In this document: positions 1 through 12,972 of the stretch, in pieces
Numbering within the stretch: position 1 is the first letter of the stretch
Layout: the number at the start of each line of letters is the position of its first letter
Assembly: GCA_951406725.2 (NCBI GenBank)
Contig: OX597834.1
Location: forward strand, 11,222,001-11,286,000
Direction: 5' to 3'
DNA from: Octopus vulgaris
Taxonomy: Eukaryota
Length of the DNA: 64,000 nt
The notes under the pieces: generated by a model
Seen by the model: only the letters and a program-made list of their open reading frames with translations
What the model was told of the DNA's origin: nothing
The model's database searches: none
Program-made: the position numbers and the translations under genes

Positions 1-55
1 GCATATTTATGTCGAAAGTCTAATTGATGTTACCTATCAAAACACTGATAATTAT

Positions 56-118
<63 letters not shown>

Positions 119-374
119 ATAGAGATAGATATATAGAGAAATATATAGACATATTTGTATGAATGCGTGCGTACGTATGTGTTTCAGTGTGCTTGAGTGT
201 AGGAAGTTTTTATGGCTGCGTATAGGCGAAGCTGTTTATAGAAGTTCTGGCATAAAAAAATCCTATATGACGACTAATCACAAACAGAACTCACTCAGCG
301 GTATTCTATTCAACCAACATAAACCAGCATTGCCGATCCTAGATAGAATGTATATGAGATCCATACTGGATTGA

Positions 375-735
375 GGTTCATCCAAGACTGGGACCACGGG
401 CCATATGTCCTCTGCCCAATTCAAGATCACAGCGTACATGTACATTGCAATATAATTTCTTTTCCTCAACAGGCCCTGCCCTATTTAACATTGTTCCGAA
501 AGAGATCAAAGAGGAAAAGGATCCCATCAACTTTAAACGGAGTCTGGATAGATTCCTTCAAGGAATACCAGATAAGCCACCGATAATTGGATACAACTCA
601 CCCAACAAAAACTCACTACTTGAATGGACCATAAACAAAACTTGACTTAAACAGGATTTAGATAATCCTATCAGGTGGTGCTATTAAGTTAGACATGACC
701 TGGACCAATCTTTGGTCGAAACATATCTAAGTTTT
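375..735 (+). mobile_element. 3' end of CR1/L2-group LINE (ORF2 C-terminus plus 3' UTR), 5'-truncated
   Basis: Frame reads HPRLGPRAICPLPNSRSQRTCTLQYNFFSSTGPALFNIVPKEIKEEKDPINFKRSLDRFLQGIPDKP...NSLLEW*, the typical post-RT C-terminus of this group (GPxLFNxLP...FKxxLDxFL). Same motif as 8228-8630. Confidence 0.8.
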
Positions 736-789
736 TTACTAAGCCTTATATTTAACTTCATCTCACGAGATAAACGTGGACCACATTTA

Positions 790-1726
790 CACCGTCTTTG
801 GGAAAGGAGGAAAAACATCCTCGTCGAAACAAAACTCCAGAAGAAGACCAAAACCTTCAGGTAGTGACCGTCGGATTCTTACTCAAATTGTTAGAAAGGA
901 TCACAAAAGTACAGCTCCCAAAATTACTGCAGAGCTTAATGACCACCTCGAGAACCAGGTTTCCACAAAAGCTGTTCGCTGGGAGCTGCACAAAGTCGGA
1001 TTTCACGGGAGGATTACAATAAGAAAATCACTACTTTCAAAAACAAATGTTGCAAAGCGTTTAGAGTTGAGTAAAACCTATAGAATTGGTCCCTAGATCA
1101 GTCGAAGATTGTTATTTTCTCGGACGAGTAACTCTTTACCTTATTGCAGACCACCGGCGGAGTATGCCTAATGCGACAGTCAAAAGAAGTTTTTAACCGA
1201 GACTGCCTTCTTCGAACTGTTAAACATGGAGGAAGATGGGGGGGGGGTACATCTTGGAAATCCTCCGACTCAATAGTTTTCTTTCATGGAACAATTAATA
1301 ATCAAGACTATTTAAGTATTTTATCAGATCAAATTCATCCTATGGTTGCAGATCTGTTTCCGGAGAGAAAGGCAACCTTTCGGGATGATGATGTGCCAAT
1401 TCACACAACTAAAATTGTTACTGAATGGCGCGAGAAACATTCTGGTAAAGTTGAACACTTTCTCTGTCAAGCACAGTCCCCACATCTTTATATTATTGAA
1501 CCCTTATGGTGCATTTTAAAAACACAAGTAATGAGTCGATATCCTCCACTACTACAAGTATTGAAGGCTATTTTAGCCGAAGAATGGACAAAACTTCCTT
1601 TGAAAACAATTCAAACTTTGTAGGAGTCCATATCTTGTAGAATTCAAGCTGTAATTACTACCATATGCGGCCCTACCCATATTAAAATAATTTTGTTTGA
1701 AATGTTAAGATTTTGTCCAACCCCTG
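790..1726 (+). mobile_element. Tc1/mariner transposon remnant: transposase pseudogene (DD36E) with right TIR
   Basis: HTH-like region (RRPKPSGSDRRILTQIVRKDH...KITAELN), VIFSDE at ~1111-1128, TVKHGG, FRDDDVPIHT, QSPHLYIIEPLW, with stops and frameshifts. Ends ...TTTTGTCCAACCCCTG|TA (Tc1-type CAG terminus plus TA). Left end missing. Confidence 0.93.
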
Positions 1727-2710
1727 TATATACAACGGGATTCTTTCAGCTTTTGGTTGGCCCAAGGTTTTAGTAGAATACACTTGCCTAAGATATAACA
1801 ACATTTCGTTCAGATATGCAACGGGTTACAAAGTAGAATTTGAAATCTTAAAGTATTGGAAATATTCGATAATATTTTTAACAAACAAAAAATCGAAATT
1901 TCCAAATTAAATTATGACGCCATCAACGGAATAATAATAGCTTGCTTATAGCAGAACAGCTAACGGACCGCTTCACGTCAGCAAAATAAAGTGCTTAACA
2001 CTTGGAAATGTAAAGCGTTGTTAAATCTTCGAGAAAATAACTGTGATAAAACTAACCATTATTCTTGAAAACAAGCAATTTGTTAAACGGATTGAATATT
2101 TCTCTATAAATTATTGTCAAGTAAATTTTCTTAAATTGCAATGTAGACTCCTCTTGTGTTCCTAATAATTCTACTCGCGTGGAGAAACTTCTTTTCCTTT
2201 TTATATTCACTACGCGACGATTGATGATAATGCTATGAAAGTGTGTGTGTGAAGTGGTTGGATGACGTACAGTTGAAATCATGTAGCAGTTTTGTTTTGC
2301 TAATTCTTTCCTGCTCCAGCCGAACACCGACGAGGGTGAAAATTGATAGCAGGGGAAAAGAGGAGCCCAATAACACCAGAACTGGACTAGTCCATTGTCT
2401 ACCAATCACTGATGGATGAAATGCCGATGGTAATTGTTCCATCCCCTCGACTCAAACTCGGCGGTTCCCGAGCACAGAATTACAGGTACCTGATGAGAAA
2501 GGTACTGGAACCTTACTCATCAGGTACATCCAAGCGAACCATCTGTACTATCAATCTACACAAACGATGAAGCATATATTGGTGTGTGCTTGTGTGTGAA
2601 TGTGTGGTGTGTGTATGTGTGTGTATGTGTCTGTGTATGTATGCTTGTGTGTATTCATTCTTCTGTGCGGGTTTATGAGGGTACGTACCTATATAGTTCA
2701 CTTGTATATA

Positions 2711-2937
2711 TTTCTTTACTGCCCATAAGGGGCTAAACACAGAGGGGACAAACAAGGACAGACAAAGGGATTAAGTCGATTACATCGACCCCAGTGCATA
2801 ATTGGTACTTAATTGATCGCCCCCGAAAGGATGAAAAGGAAAGTCGACCACGGCGGAATTTGAACTCGGAATGTAACGACAGACGAAATACGGCTACGCA
2901 TTTCGCCCGGCGTGCTAACGTTTCTGCCAGCTCGCCG
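2711..2937 (-). mobile_element. SINE family B (GGCGAGCTGGCAGAA head; central ...TTTCATCCTTTCGGGG... domain)
   Basis: B-box GAGTTCAAAT on the minus strand. Homologous to 44773-45003 and 48361-48588. TSD-like GTTC(A/T)CTTGTATA on both sides. Confidence 0.85.
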
Positions 2938-2950
2938 GTTCTCTTGTATA

Positions 2951-3126
2951 CTCTTTTACTCTTTTACTTGTTTCAGTCATTTGACTGCGGCCATGCTGGA
3001 GCACCGCCTTTAATAGTGCAACTCGACCCCGGAACTTATTCTTTTGTAAACCCAGTACTTATTCTATCGGTCTCTTTTGCCGAACCGCTAAGTAACGGGG
3101 ACATAGACACACAAACACACACACGC

Positions 3127-3163
<37 letters not shown>

Positions 3164-3308
3164 TACGACGGGCTTCTTTTCAGTTTCCGTCTACCAAATC
3201 CACTCACAAGGCATTGGTCGGCCCGAGGCTATAGTAGAAGACACTTGCAGTGGGACTGAACCCGGAACCATGTGGTTGGCAAACAAGCTACTTACCACAC
3301 AGCCACTC
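2951..3308 (-). mobile_element. tRNA-derived SINE family A
   Basis: Head GAGTGGCTGTGTGGTAAGTAGC...GGTTCAGTCCC, internal (TA/TG)n, tail GGCGGTGCTCCAGCATGGCCGCAGTCAAATGACTGAAACAAG(TAAAAGAG)n. Many copies in the window. Confidence 0.9.
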
Positions 3309-3781
3309 TTGTATATGTATATATCCCAAATATAAACATATACACACATATAAATGTACATATTTATACTTGTACACACATACAAACACACACTTTCAAG
3401 CTCACATCTACGAATATGAATTCTTACATGCATGCACACGCACACACATACACACACACACACAAGTTAGAGAGAGAGAGAGAGGCCTGGCTGGCTGCTT
3501 GGATTGCTGGATGAATGGATGCATGCATAACAACACTCGCACACACATCCACACATAGGAAGCTGCACCCGGATATACCCAAATATTGGTGGAGATGTAA
3601 ATCTTATGCAGTTCTTGTGACTCACTGTGGTGAGTTTCCCATAAATCTTTATTTCAAATACAATTTTCGCATCTATATCTGATAATGTTCCCACATTTCC
3701 AAACATCGAGATGAGTTTTTACGTCCATAATTTTCACCCGGTCGCCATACATCCGTCTGCATCTTCATAGATTATCAATAT

Positions 3782-4067
3782 CACGTGATCACGTGACCGA
3801 CCAGACCATCAGATGTTGCTACACATCGCTGGTCACAATGTGCTACGCATTGTTTTAGCCTTCGAATGACGCCACCCCTCAGAAGAAAGAGTGGGAGAAA
3901 GAGTGGTGAAAGAGTACAGCAGGGATCACCACCATCCCCTGCCGGAGCCTCGTGGAGCTTTTAGGTGTTTTCGCTCAAAAAACACACACAAAACCCGGTC
4001 TGAGAATCGAAACCGCGATCCTGCGACCGCGAGTCCGCTGCCCTAACCACTAGGCCATTGCGCCTCC
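3782..4067 (-). mobile_element. tRNA-derived SINE family C (tail type i)
   Basis: Head GGAGGCGCAATGGCCTAGTGGTTAGGGCAGCGGACTCGC...GGTTTCGATTCT. 13-bp TSD AGATTATCAATAT (3769-3781 / 4068-4080). Confidence 0.9.
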
Positions 4068-4807
4068 AGATTATCAATATAGGTTTCTCAAACATAGAGC
4101 CTTCACAGTCTCCCAGTCTCCCAGCCACGCCGCGGGCAGTTTTACATATATGTTTAATTGTGGAAATCTTTCAGTCGCCTTCTATTCATTCTATACGGCG
4201 TAACATACCCTATCTTTAAATTATATCATAGAAGACATATTCCATAAGTGATCTTATCACAAATGTTGTTTATATTTTATCTTTCAAATATCTCTTCGCA
4301 ATTTCTCTTCTAAAAGAAAGTTTATTTTTCCAAATACGATTCCTTTCAGATTTGAAATCTTATGCGATGTCATTTTGCATATTGACATGTTGAATAACGC
4401 AAATATGTATATGGATACTTTACATGAATTATTTCATATGTAGATACGTACATATCTGTATCGATACGTTTCTAGGTTGTCCAGTTGTTTACAGTATATT
4501 TCTTTTCATTTCCCCAGGGATTTATCAGTCCTGAAGGAGGAACATCTGGACTCATTCAGCCGCTGTCTATTTCAGATAAGTCATGACCATGTAGGCCCCA
4601 TGTAGCGGGATCTTGTGCATTGTTTTGATGTCCATCTGTTGTACTTCAATTACGTGATGTGGTCAACCCATCCATATTTACCTTATTTACATTATTAACA
4701 TTTGACAGATATTTGTCCTCACCTTGTTTGTTGTTAACACAACGTTTCGGCTGAAGGTATATACCCTATCTAACACTCCAGAGAGGTAGTGTTAGTGGTC
4801 AAGATAA

Positions 4808-4863
<56 letters not shown>

Positions 4864-4957
4864 TATATGCGATTGTCTTCTGCTAGTCGACCAAACCTAC
4901 TCAGAAGAGATGTATGTTACCCCTTGTATAGAAATAGTTATATAGCGCAAAATAATA

Positions 4958-5338
4958 GCCATGACTTGTGGTAAGAAGCTTGCTTCAAAACCACATGGTT
5001 ATGGATTCCGTTTCTCTGCGTGGCACCTTGGGCAACTGTCTTCTACTATATCCTCGGGCCGGCCAAAAGTTTTCGCTGGATTTGGAAGGCGGAAACTGAA
5101 AGAATCCCATCGTATATATGTGTGTGTGTATATGATTATGTCTGTTTTCCTGCCCCCACAACAGCCTGACAACCGACGCTCGGGTGCTTACGTCCATAGC
5201 GGATCGGTAAGAATGATCGATAAAATAAGTACCTGGTTTTAAAAAAAAGTACTCGGGTCGATTCATTCAAATAGAAATTCTTCAAGGCATTGCTCCAGCA
5301 TGGCCCCAGTCTAATAACAGAAACAACTAAAAGGTAAA
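4958..5338 (+). mobile_element. SINE family A, diverged copy
   Basis: Collinear with family A: TGTGGTAAGAAGCTTGC...TGCTCCAGCATGGCCCCAGTC. Confidence 0.8.
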
Positions 5339-5427
5339 AATCTGAAGATAAGATTTAATTGTTTCCTTTCTACAACACAAGTTCCTCTTACAATTCTTGT
5401 GTATTCGTTGTTCACTATCCCCTTCCC

Positions 5428-5690
5428 TTATTCTCAAGGCACAACGCCCGAAATTTTTTCGGAGAGGGCCAGTCGATTAGATCAATCCCAGTACACAACT
5501 GGTACTTAATTTATCGATAAAAAGCAAAGTCTTGGTGGACTTTGTACTCAGAAAGTAAAGACAGACGAAGTTCCGCTAAGGGTTTCGTCCGGCGTGCTAA
5601 CGTTTCTTATTTCTTAAATACTACAAAGCATTTCGCCCGGCGTGCTAACGTTCCTGCCAGCTCGCCGCCTTTCTGCTAGGTCACCGCCTT
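5428..5690 (-). mobile_element. SINE family B, diverged, with duplicated head segment
   Basis: TTTCG(T/C)CCGGCGTGCTAACGTT occurs twice; family B body present. Confidence 0.75.
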
Positions 5691-6664
5691 GTTCCCTTCT
5701 CTTATTGAATTAGAAATAACAAATTAATCGTCATCAAAGTGCCAACTAACATGTCTGAGAACCCTGCTGGTCAAGCTGAATTCCCATTTATGAACTCACC
5801 CTCGTAATTATTCCGTATTAATATCTTTAAACCCACTTCGTTCTAACGTTCATTTTTAATCATTTTTTTTCCTATTCTCCAATTCTTAAATCGCAATTTC
5901 TTTACATACTGTTTGTTATGAATCTGTGTATTCCCGGCCAATTTCCAGCTATTTTGATCAATTTTTTACCAAATGTTAGTCCAAAATAGCTTACCTGCTT
6001 CATAGTAACCGAGATCTGCAACCATGTTTACCAAAACTGAAGATCGATTATTATACTTCAAACTTAAATGCGATGCCAGATGTTCAATTCTTAATAAGCC
6101 TTCTAATTGTTAGCTAATTTGGAAAAGCAGTAAACTTTTAAAATTAAAAGAGAACTTGTATCTATTCCTTTATTGAGTCCATTCTGCGACTAACGTATGT
6201 TATTTTAGTTACTAAGTACGCACAATCTCTTGTGTGTGTGTGTGCGCGTGTGCGTGTGTGCGTGTGTGTGCGTGTGTGTGATTATATTCATATTTTACAA
6301 AGTATCAACTTTAGCACGAAGAAGTACTTGTGTTTCCAGTAAAATTAAAATACAATTTTCTTAACTTTATCATATTTGTTTTCCCCCGTTGTTGATAATA
6401 TTGAATATAATATATTTGCTCTCTCAGACAATTTATGTTAAACTATGTAAATTTCCATCTAATCTAAACCTATATGTTTCCTTCATTTTTCATACTCTTT
6501 TAAAATAGTTTCAATTTGCAATTCAAATTACGCAAGACACCACAAAGGCATTTCAAAATTTTAATATGAAAGACCTGTCTCCACTATATATATCTCGTAT
6601 AGATGTCTGATAATTTAATGTATCGGCAAATGTTGTTGTTCCTATCTTTTAAATTCTCTCTACC

Positions 6665-6718
6665 ACTGTCTCTCTCTCTCACTCTCTCTCTCTCTCTCTC
6701 ACACGCACATACACATCC

Positions 6719-6758
<40 letters not shown>

Positions 6759-7108
6759 GTATGTATGTATATGTATGTATGTATATGTATGTATGTATGT
6801 ATGTATATGTATGTATATATATATGTATGTATATATATATGTATGTATATATGTATGTATGTATATGTATGTATGTATATATATATGTATGTATGTATAT
6901 GTATGTATGTATATATATATGTATGTATGTATATGTATGTATATATATATGTATGTATGTATATGTATATATTCACACACACATGTGCGTATGTATGCAT
7001 GAATTAGTGTACATGTACATACAAATATATATGTGTATATATATAAACACGTGTATATGGGTGTATATCCCGATATATATATATTTAAAGATAGAGTATA
7101 ATATAATG

Positions 7109-7161
<53 letters not shown>

Positions 7162-7227
7162 TATGTACGCCAAACAACATACATGTGTCTGCCTGCTGTG
7201 TATGTAGTCTGTGGGTGGTTGTGAAAT

Positions 7228-7282
<55 letters not shown>

Positions 7283-7380
7283 GCATATATATATATATAT
7301 ATATATATTTATGTATGAAACAATCTTTCTCTCTCTCTCTCTCTCCCGCACAGTCTCTCTCTGACCCCCCCTCTCTCTCT
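6665..7380. repeat. Compound microsatellite (CT)n/(TA)n/(TATG)n/(CA)n
   Basis: Directly visible; explains the YI/CM-repeat ORFs here. Confidence 0.95.
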
Positions 7381-8227
7381 AACAGTTGAGAAAGTACCTT
7401 TTTTGCATTGACGAAAGCTTGGAGTATTCGAATTATAGTAGAAGGAAACGTATTTTTAAAACTTTATTCAACGGAGTTTGTTTTATGTACATACTTAAAG
7501 AACAAAATGCTCCACTTTGCTTTTGTGTACAACTTTGCCATTGTTTTCTATGGCTTTTTTAAATGGCGTCTCAATATCATAAGGAAGTATAATGACGCCA
7601 TTTTAAGTACATTATATCACTATTGATATATTCAAGTATTGTCCTTTTTATTTTTATTTCTTGCATTACAATCAAGAAATGATATTAGAATTGGTATATC
7701 AGTTTTAATTATCGAGAGCCGGTTATTAAAATATTATATTAACAATTGATAGGGTATCTAATATTTATGACTTATTCTACATTTTCACATTTAAGACGTT
7801 TAATCTCAGCAATACAAACAATATTTACACTCTCGCTTACCCCTCAATTAAACAATCGATCGATCAATCAATCAATCAGTAATTATTTATTTCATATATG
7901 TCTGATAAATAAACTCTATCATCAATGACCAAATCTTTTGTTTGATCTGCAGTATTATCTTTAATTTTTTTTTTTTTGATCGAATATATTACTCAAAGTA
8001 TTCAGCTCTTTTGTCTAAACCGTTACACAGTTATCTTCTGCGATTCCCAATCATTATTCACAAACCTGCTATAGAGATATCAATTAAAATAAGTATAATC
8101 TGCCCACGTCGGTAAAAATTCAGATGGTCAGTGCTACGTTCTTTCACTCCGTAATAAATATTATAAAAATATAAATGACTTCGATGACATTCCGTAATGA
8201 AAATTATCCTTTCTGAGGCATCGAGAG

Positions 8228-8630
8228 TTACACAAATGCTAGAACTGGGCGCCACTGCATAGTGCCAAGGACTCCAGATTTGCCATCAAGATGTAGCACA
8301 AGATACTGTGATAGCCTGGGTTTCAGAGGCCCACAGCTCTTCAATATCCTCCCGAAGAACCTGAGAGACCTGCTTGGGGTGGATGCAGATGTCTTTAAAA
8401 TAAAAGTGGATCTCTTCCTGTCAGGTGTCCCAGATGAACCAACTTCACGGCAGGAGGTGCAGATCAGGGCAGCTGCATCGAACTCTCTCATGCACCAAAT
8501 GGCAATTGCTAAAAAGCATTCGTGAAGTGAAATCATGTAGCAACACCAAATGGCGGTGCCCCAACATGGCCACAGCTCGTGAGCTGAAACTAGATGAAAT
8601 AAATAAAATAATTAAAATAAATAAATAACT
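8228..8630 (+). mobile_element. 3' end of CR1/L2-group LINE
   Basis: ARTGRHCIVPRTPDLPSRCSTRYCDSLGFRGPQLFNILPKNLRDLLGVDADVFKIKVDLFLSGVPDEPT...AAASNSL, then a 3' UTR ending in (AAATA)n. Confidence 0.88.
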
Positions 8631-8861
8631 TCATATTCAATAACTGGAAATCCCTTTCAGATTTATAATAATCGGTTCGTCCATCGCTTTATATGAGGTG
8701 ATTCATAACTCTATACATACACAATATCATTCTGTATTCGAGTGTCAGTTGGCAGGTAAAAATTGTTGTTGATCGTTACAGCGTAGAATTAGACGTTCTA
8801 GTTTCAATCCTCTCTGCGAGTAGGTAAACATATTCATGATCGGGGTATATTTTATACCTGA

Positions 8862-9258
8862 CTAGCAGTATCGCCCGGCGTTGCTCAGGGTTGTAAGGGA
8901 AATAACTATATAAGCATTTTTAGAGATGTAAAGTATAATAGCCATCTCAATATGGCTAACCACAAAGGGGGGGGGTGTTACTGTAGCTTTTTACGTTCTG
9001 AGATTTAATAAATTTTTAGAGAGTTACTTCCCTTATATATGCCAAAAATGCATTAAAAATGTGAAAAATTTATGGTAATTTTTTCTTTTTTAAACGTAGA
9101 CTCATCGTAGATGCGCGCTAATACCCAGAAGGGCTCGATATGAATCACGACTATAAGATACCCGGTTTTGGTTAAACTGCACCGCAAAATGTGGGAGTAG
9201 TTAGGAATCTAAATTGTAGGAGACAGACAGCACACAACCTCACTTTTATATATAAGGA
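8862..9258 (-). mobile_element. Non-autonomous Helitron
   Basis: Minus strand A|TC...(C)CTGAGCAACGCCGGG hairpin...CTAG|T, no TSD. Homologous to 25731-26242. Confidence 0.88.
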
Positions 9259-9767
9259 TTATAGTTAGATATCTATTTCTAAATTGGAGGGCCAATGGTG
9301 ATGGATTTCTGATTAAGAAGTTTACTATGTCACAAGCCGATTCCTAGCTCCAACCTGTTAATACGCAAATTGCACGAATGTGTTCTATCAGAGTTTCTAA
9401 CAACAGAGGAGCATTTGATAGACGAATGCATAGCGAAAACCCGCCGATAAACAGATATATCTGACGATCGTTAGTTTAGTAGCCTTGTTTAAGATCGGAG
9501 TTGATGAACTTATTTTCATATATGATCGTTATTAGAAACACACACATTTATGTATGTATGTATGCATGTATTATGTATGTGTGAATGTATGTATTTAAGT
9601 ATGTATAAATGTATGTAAGTATACATGCATACATACATGGAGGCATGTATGTATTTTGTACGTATGCATGCCCGTATGGATGTATGACCAGAATTTAAAT
9701 TTTTGCTTTAATAATTACTACTTTATTCTTTAAAGTGTGTTTCTTTTCTTAGGTTTTATTGATTCTG

Positions 9768-9842
<75 letters not shown>

Positions 9843-9892
9843 TTATCTATCTATATATATATATATCAATCTGTATATATGCATGTATATAT

Positions 9893-10212
9893 GGGTACAG
9901 GACATTAAAAAAAACGTTGAACACAGTGAGAAACGAAATCATAAAAAACAAATACATAGAAAACGAACTTTCTTTTCGAACAACGAAAAAAACAAACAAA
10001 CAGAGAAACGAGACATGCAACATAAAGAATATTCCTCTTCTTCAGTTGCCACTGTTTCATCTACTCTGTGTTCCGAAGGTAAGGACAATACGTGACTTCA
10101 TTGAAATAATCCTTCCCGCAAAGTAAAGTAAATTAAATAAAAGTTGGAATTTTTTCGGAAGGTGAAAGTGGTAACAAGAACAGGTCAGTGAAGACAAACG
10201 GTGACGGCTAAT
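9893..10212. mobile_element. Probable Penelope-like terminal fragment between microsatellites
   Basis: Strand-skewed unique island bounded by (TATC)n/(TA)n and (TG)n, like the ribozyme-bearing islands; only degenerate core-like words present. Confidence 0.35.
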
Positions 10213-10220
10213 GTGCGTGT

Positions 10221-10275
<55 letters not shown>

Positions 10276-11673
10276 CAGAGTTTCGTTCCAGAATCTTACA
10301 TAATAGCGGCAAGGGAAGGTATGGGCCTAACCAGATCATATAGGGACTGCCTGAGAAGGATTTAATGCACGCAATCTACACATAAACGGCCAACCAGCGT
10401 TAGATATATACGCATACATACACTACATACACCTATATATTATACATGCATGTACAGATGCATATACCGCACCCCGTACGTATATGTATATATTTATATA
10501 TATTGAATTATTTTATTCAGACTTGCGTTCATAGTTCTATATACGTAGTCCTCGTTTAATTTAGAACATTTACGTATGATAGATATTTATATATGTGCGT
10601 ATATATGTCTTACTTTTCGGTACATATTTATTGTTAAAACCAAAATACGGTGTTAAATCATGAATGTAACTTACCCATCTTTTCTTTATAAGGCTTCATC
10701 GTATTTCGCTGACATTAGTTACACAAACTTAATTTGGATACTCTGCTATTGATACAGCATAACGTTTGAAACCCGAAACACAGTAAAATCAGGATGAGAA
10801 TCGTCTCTCACGTTAAAGTGTTACAATCGTAGGAAGTTTCCTTATCAGTTGATACTTATTCTTGACAGCTACGGAAATACTGCAGTATAGCTTTAAAACA
10901 TCTACTCCGAAATAGACCAAAATGCTTGCAGCAGATAGGAAATGATGATCTTTTCCCCCTCTGCTTCTTTTTCTTCTAATCTACTCTATCATCTATTGTT
11001 TCTGCAATAAACCGTGTAGCACACTTAAAACTTTAATCTTAAAACTATTTTTGAATAAATATATATATTTTTGTTACCTTGTACTTTGACTTTTTTCGGT
11101 CACCCATACATTCTATTCTCTCATCGTCTCTCTCGATATATATATATATATATATATATCAATGTTTTTACGATTCTCTCTGCATTTTCATTTCTGTATT
11201 AAATATATCACCGTACGCTTCTTCAATGAAAGTGCACCTGCTTGCAAGCAAATAACATAAATTCTTGGCCAACCCATCTTGCAGTGTCATTTCAATTTCC
11301 TTTCAGTCATGTCCATGGGCTAAACATTTCATTATATATACGTATGTATAAATATTAATTCTGATTTATCCTCTCACTTCTTTCAAGATTGGAAAACAAT
11401 CACGCCGGGGCAATACACTAAGATTGTTTTTCTTGTTTAAACATTTTATCGTTTAAACAATGACCTAGTAAGAAGGAAAACTAAAATACACCAGGATGGA
11501 AAAGAATGTAACAGCATCAAAATGAAACGCCTCAGAGTGTTTTCACTAAACCACTGCTTGTATAAACATGCACAAATATACACACCAACGCACATACATG
11601 ATGTAAGGACGAACATATATACATGAGTAAGAGCATTTGTGGTCTTTAATAGTCCATGATTCATATTATTCCA

Positions 11674-12462
11674 TACTCTTTTACTCTGTTACTTGTTTCA
11701 GTCATTTGACTGCAGCCATGCTGGAGCACCGCCTTTAGTCGAGCAAATCGACCCAAGGACTCATTCTTTGTAAGCCTAGTACTTATTCTATCGGTCTCTA
11801 AGTTACCAGCATCGGTTGTCAAGCGGGGACAAACACAGACACACAAACATACACACATATTCATTTAGATTCATTTATTCCTTTACTTGTTTCAGTCATT
11901 TGACTGTGGCCATGCTGGAGCACCGCCTTTAATCGAGCAAATCGATCCCAGGACTTATTCTTTGTAAGCCCAGTACTTATTCTATCGGTCTCTAAGTTAC
12001 CAGCATCGGTTGTCAAGCGGGGACAAACACAGACACACAAACATACACACATATTCATTTAGATTCATTTATTCCTTTACTTGTTTCAGTCATTTGACTG
12101 TGGCCATGCTGGAGCACCGCCTTTAATCGAGCAAATCGATCCCAGGACTTATTCTTTGTAAGCCTAGTACTTATTCTATCAGTCTCTTTTGCCGAACCGC
12201 TAAGTTACGGGACGTAAACACACCAGCATTTTTTGTTAAGCCATGTTGGTGGGGACAAACACAGACACACAAACATACACACACACACATATATATACAT
12301 ATATACGACAGGCTTCTTTCTGTTTTCGTCTACCAAATTCACTCACAATGCTTTGGTCGGCCCGATGCTATAGTAGAAGACACTTGCCCAAGGTGCCACG
12401 CAGTGGGACTGAACCCGGAACATATGGTTCGTAAGCAAGCTACTTACCACACAGCCACTCCT
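11674..12462 (-). mobile_element. SINE family A with its 3' part repeated three times at a 194-bp period
   Basis: TTACTTGTTTCAGTCATTTGACTG recurs at ~11689, 11883 and 12077; only the last unit continues to the tRNA head. Confidence 0.9.
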
Positions 12463-12714
12463 ATATATTCTATATTTTCTTTGTGTATTATTTTAGATAC
12501 CCATTCTTCTTATTCCGCGTTTAGTATAGTGTCTATAGTATGAAGAATATAGCAAATAAACATTATAATCCTGGGTGTTTAATGAGACGTTGAGAAAAAA
12601 AAAAACTCTCCCCTCAAACAAATAAAACTTGGGTGCCTACACCCAAACGATTATATTTTCTTCTTCTTCTTCATCTTTTGTTCTGTATCTTTTATATTCC
12701 CTACCTTAGTATTC

Positions 12715-12940
12715 CCTAGTAGTAGTAATAGTAGTAGTAGTAGGGGGAGAAGGAGGAGGAGGGGGAGGAAGTAGAAATAGAAGGAAGAAGAAAAGAAAAA
12801 GAGGAAGAAGAAAAAGGAGTGGAAGAAGACGAAATAGGAGGGATGAAAAAGAAGAAAAAGAAGTAGTAGTAGTAATGGTAGTAATAGTAGTAGAAGAAAA
12901 GGAGAGGAGGAAGAAAAAGGAGAAGAAATAACAGTGAGGA

Positions 12941-12972
<32 letters not shown>

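Noticed and set aside
5880-6120. Possible ancient LINE RT remnant on the minus strand (QVSYFGLTFGKKL); similar hint at 46090-47000 on the plus strand
   Set aside because: Only one short motif each; cannot be supported without a profile search.
10030-10120. Hammerhead-like words in the 9893-10212 island
   Set aside because: Core too degenerate (CAATGAA / GGAAC) to call.
11689-12130. CRISPR-like regular repeats (also 35749, 54973)
   Set aside because: Whole units are duplicated with no unique spacers; eukaryotic context and no cas genes.
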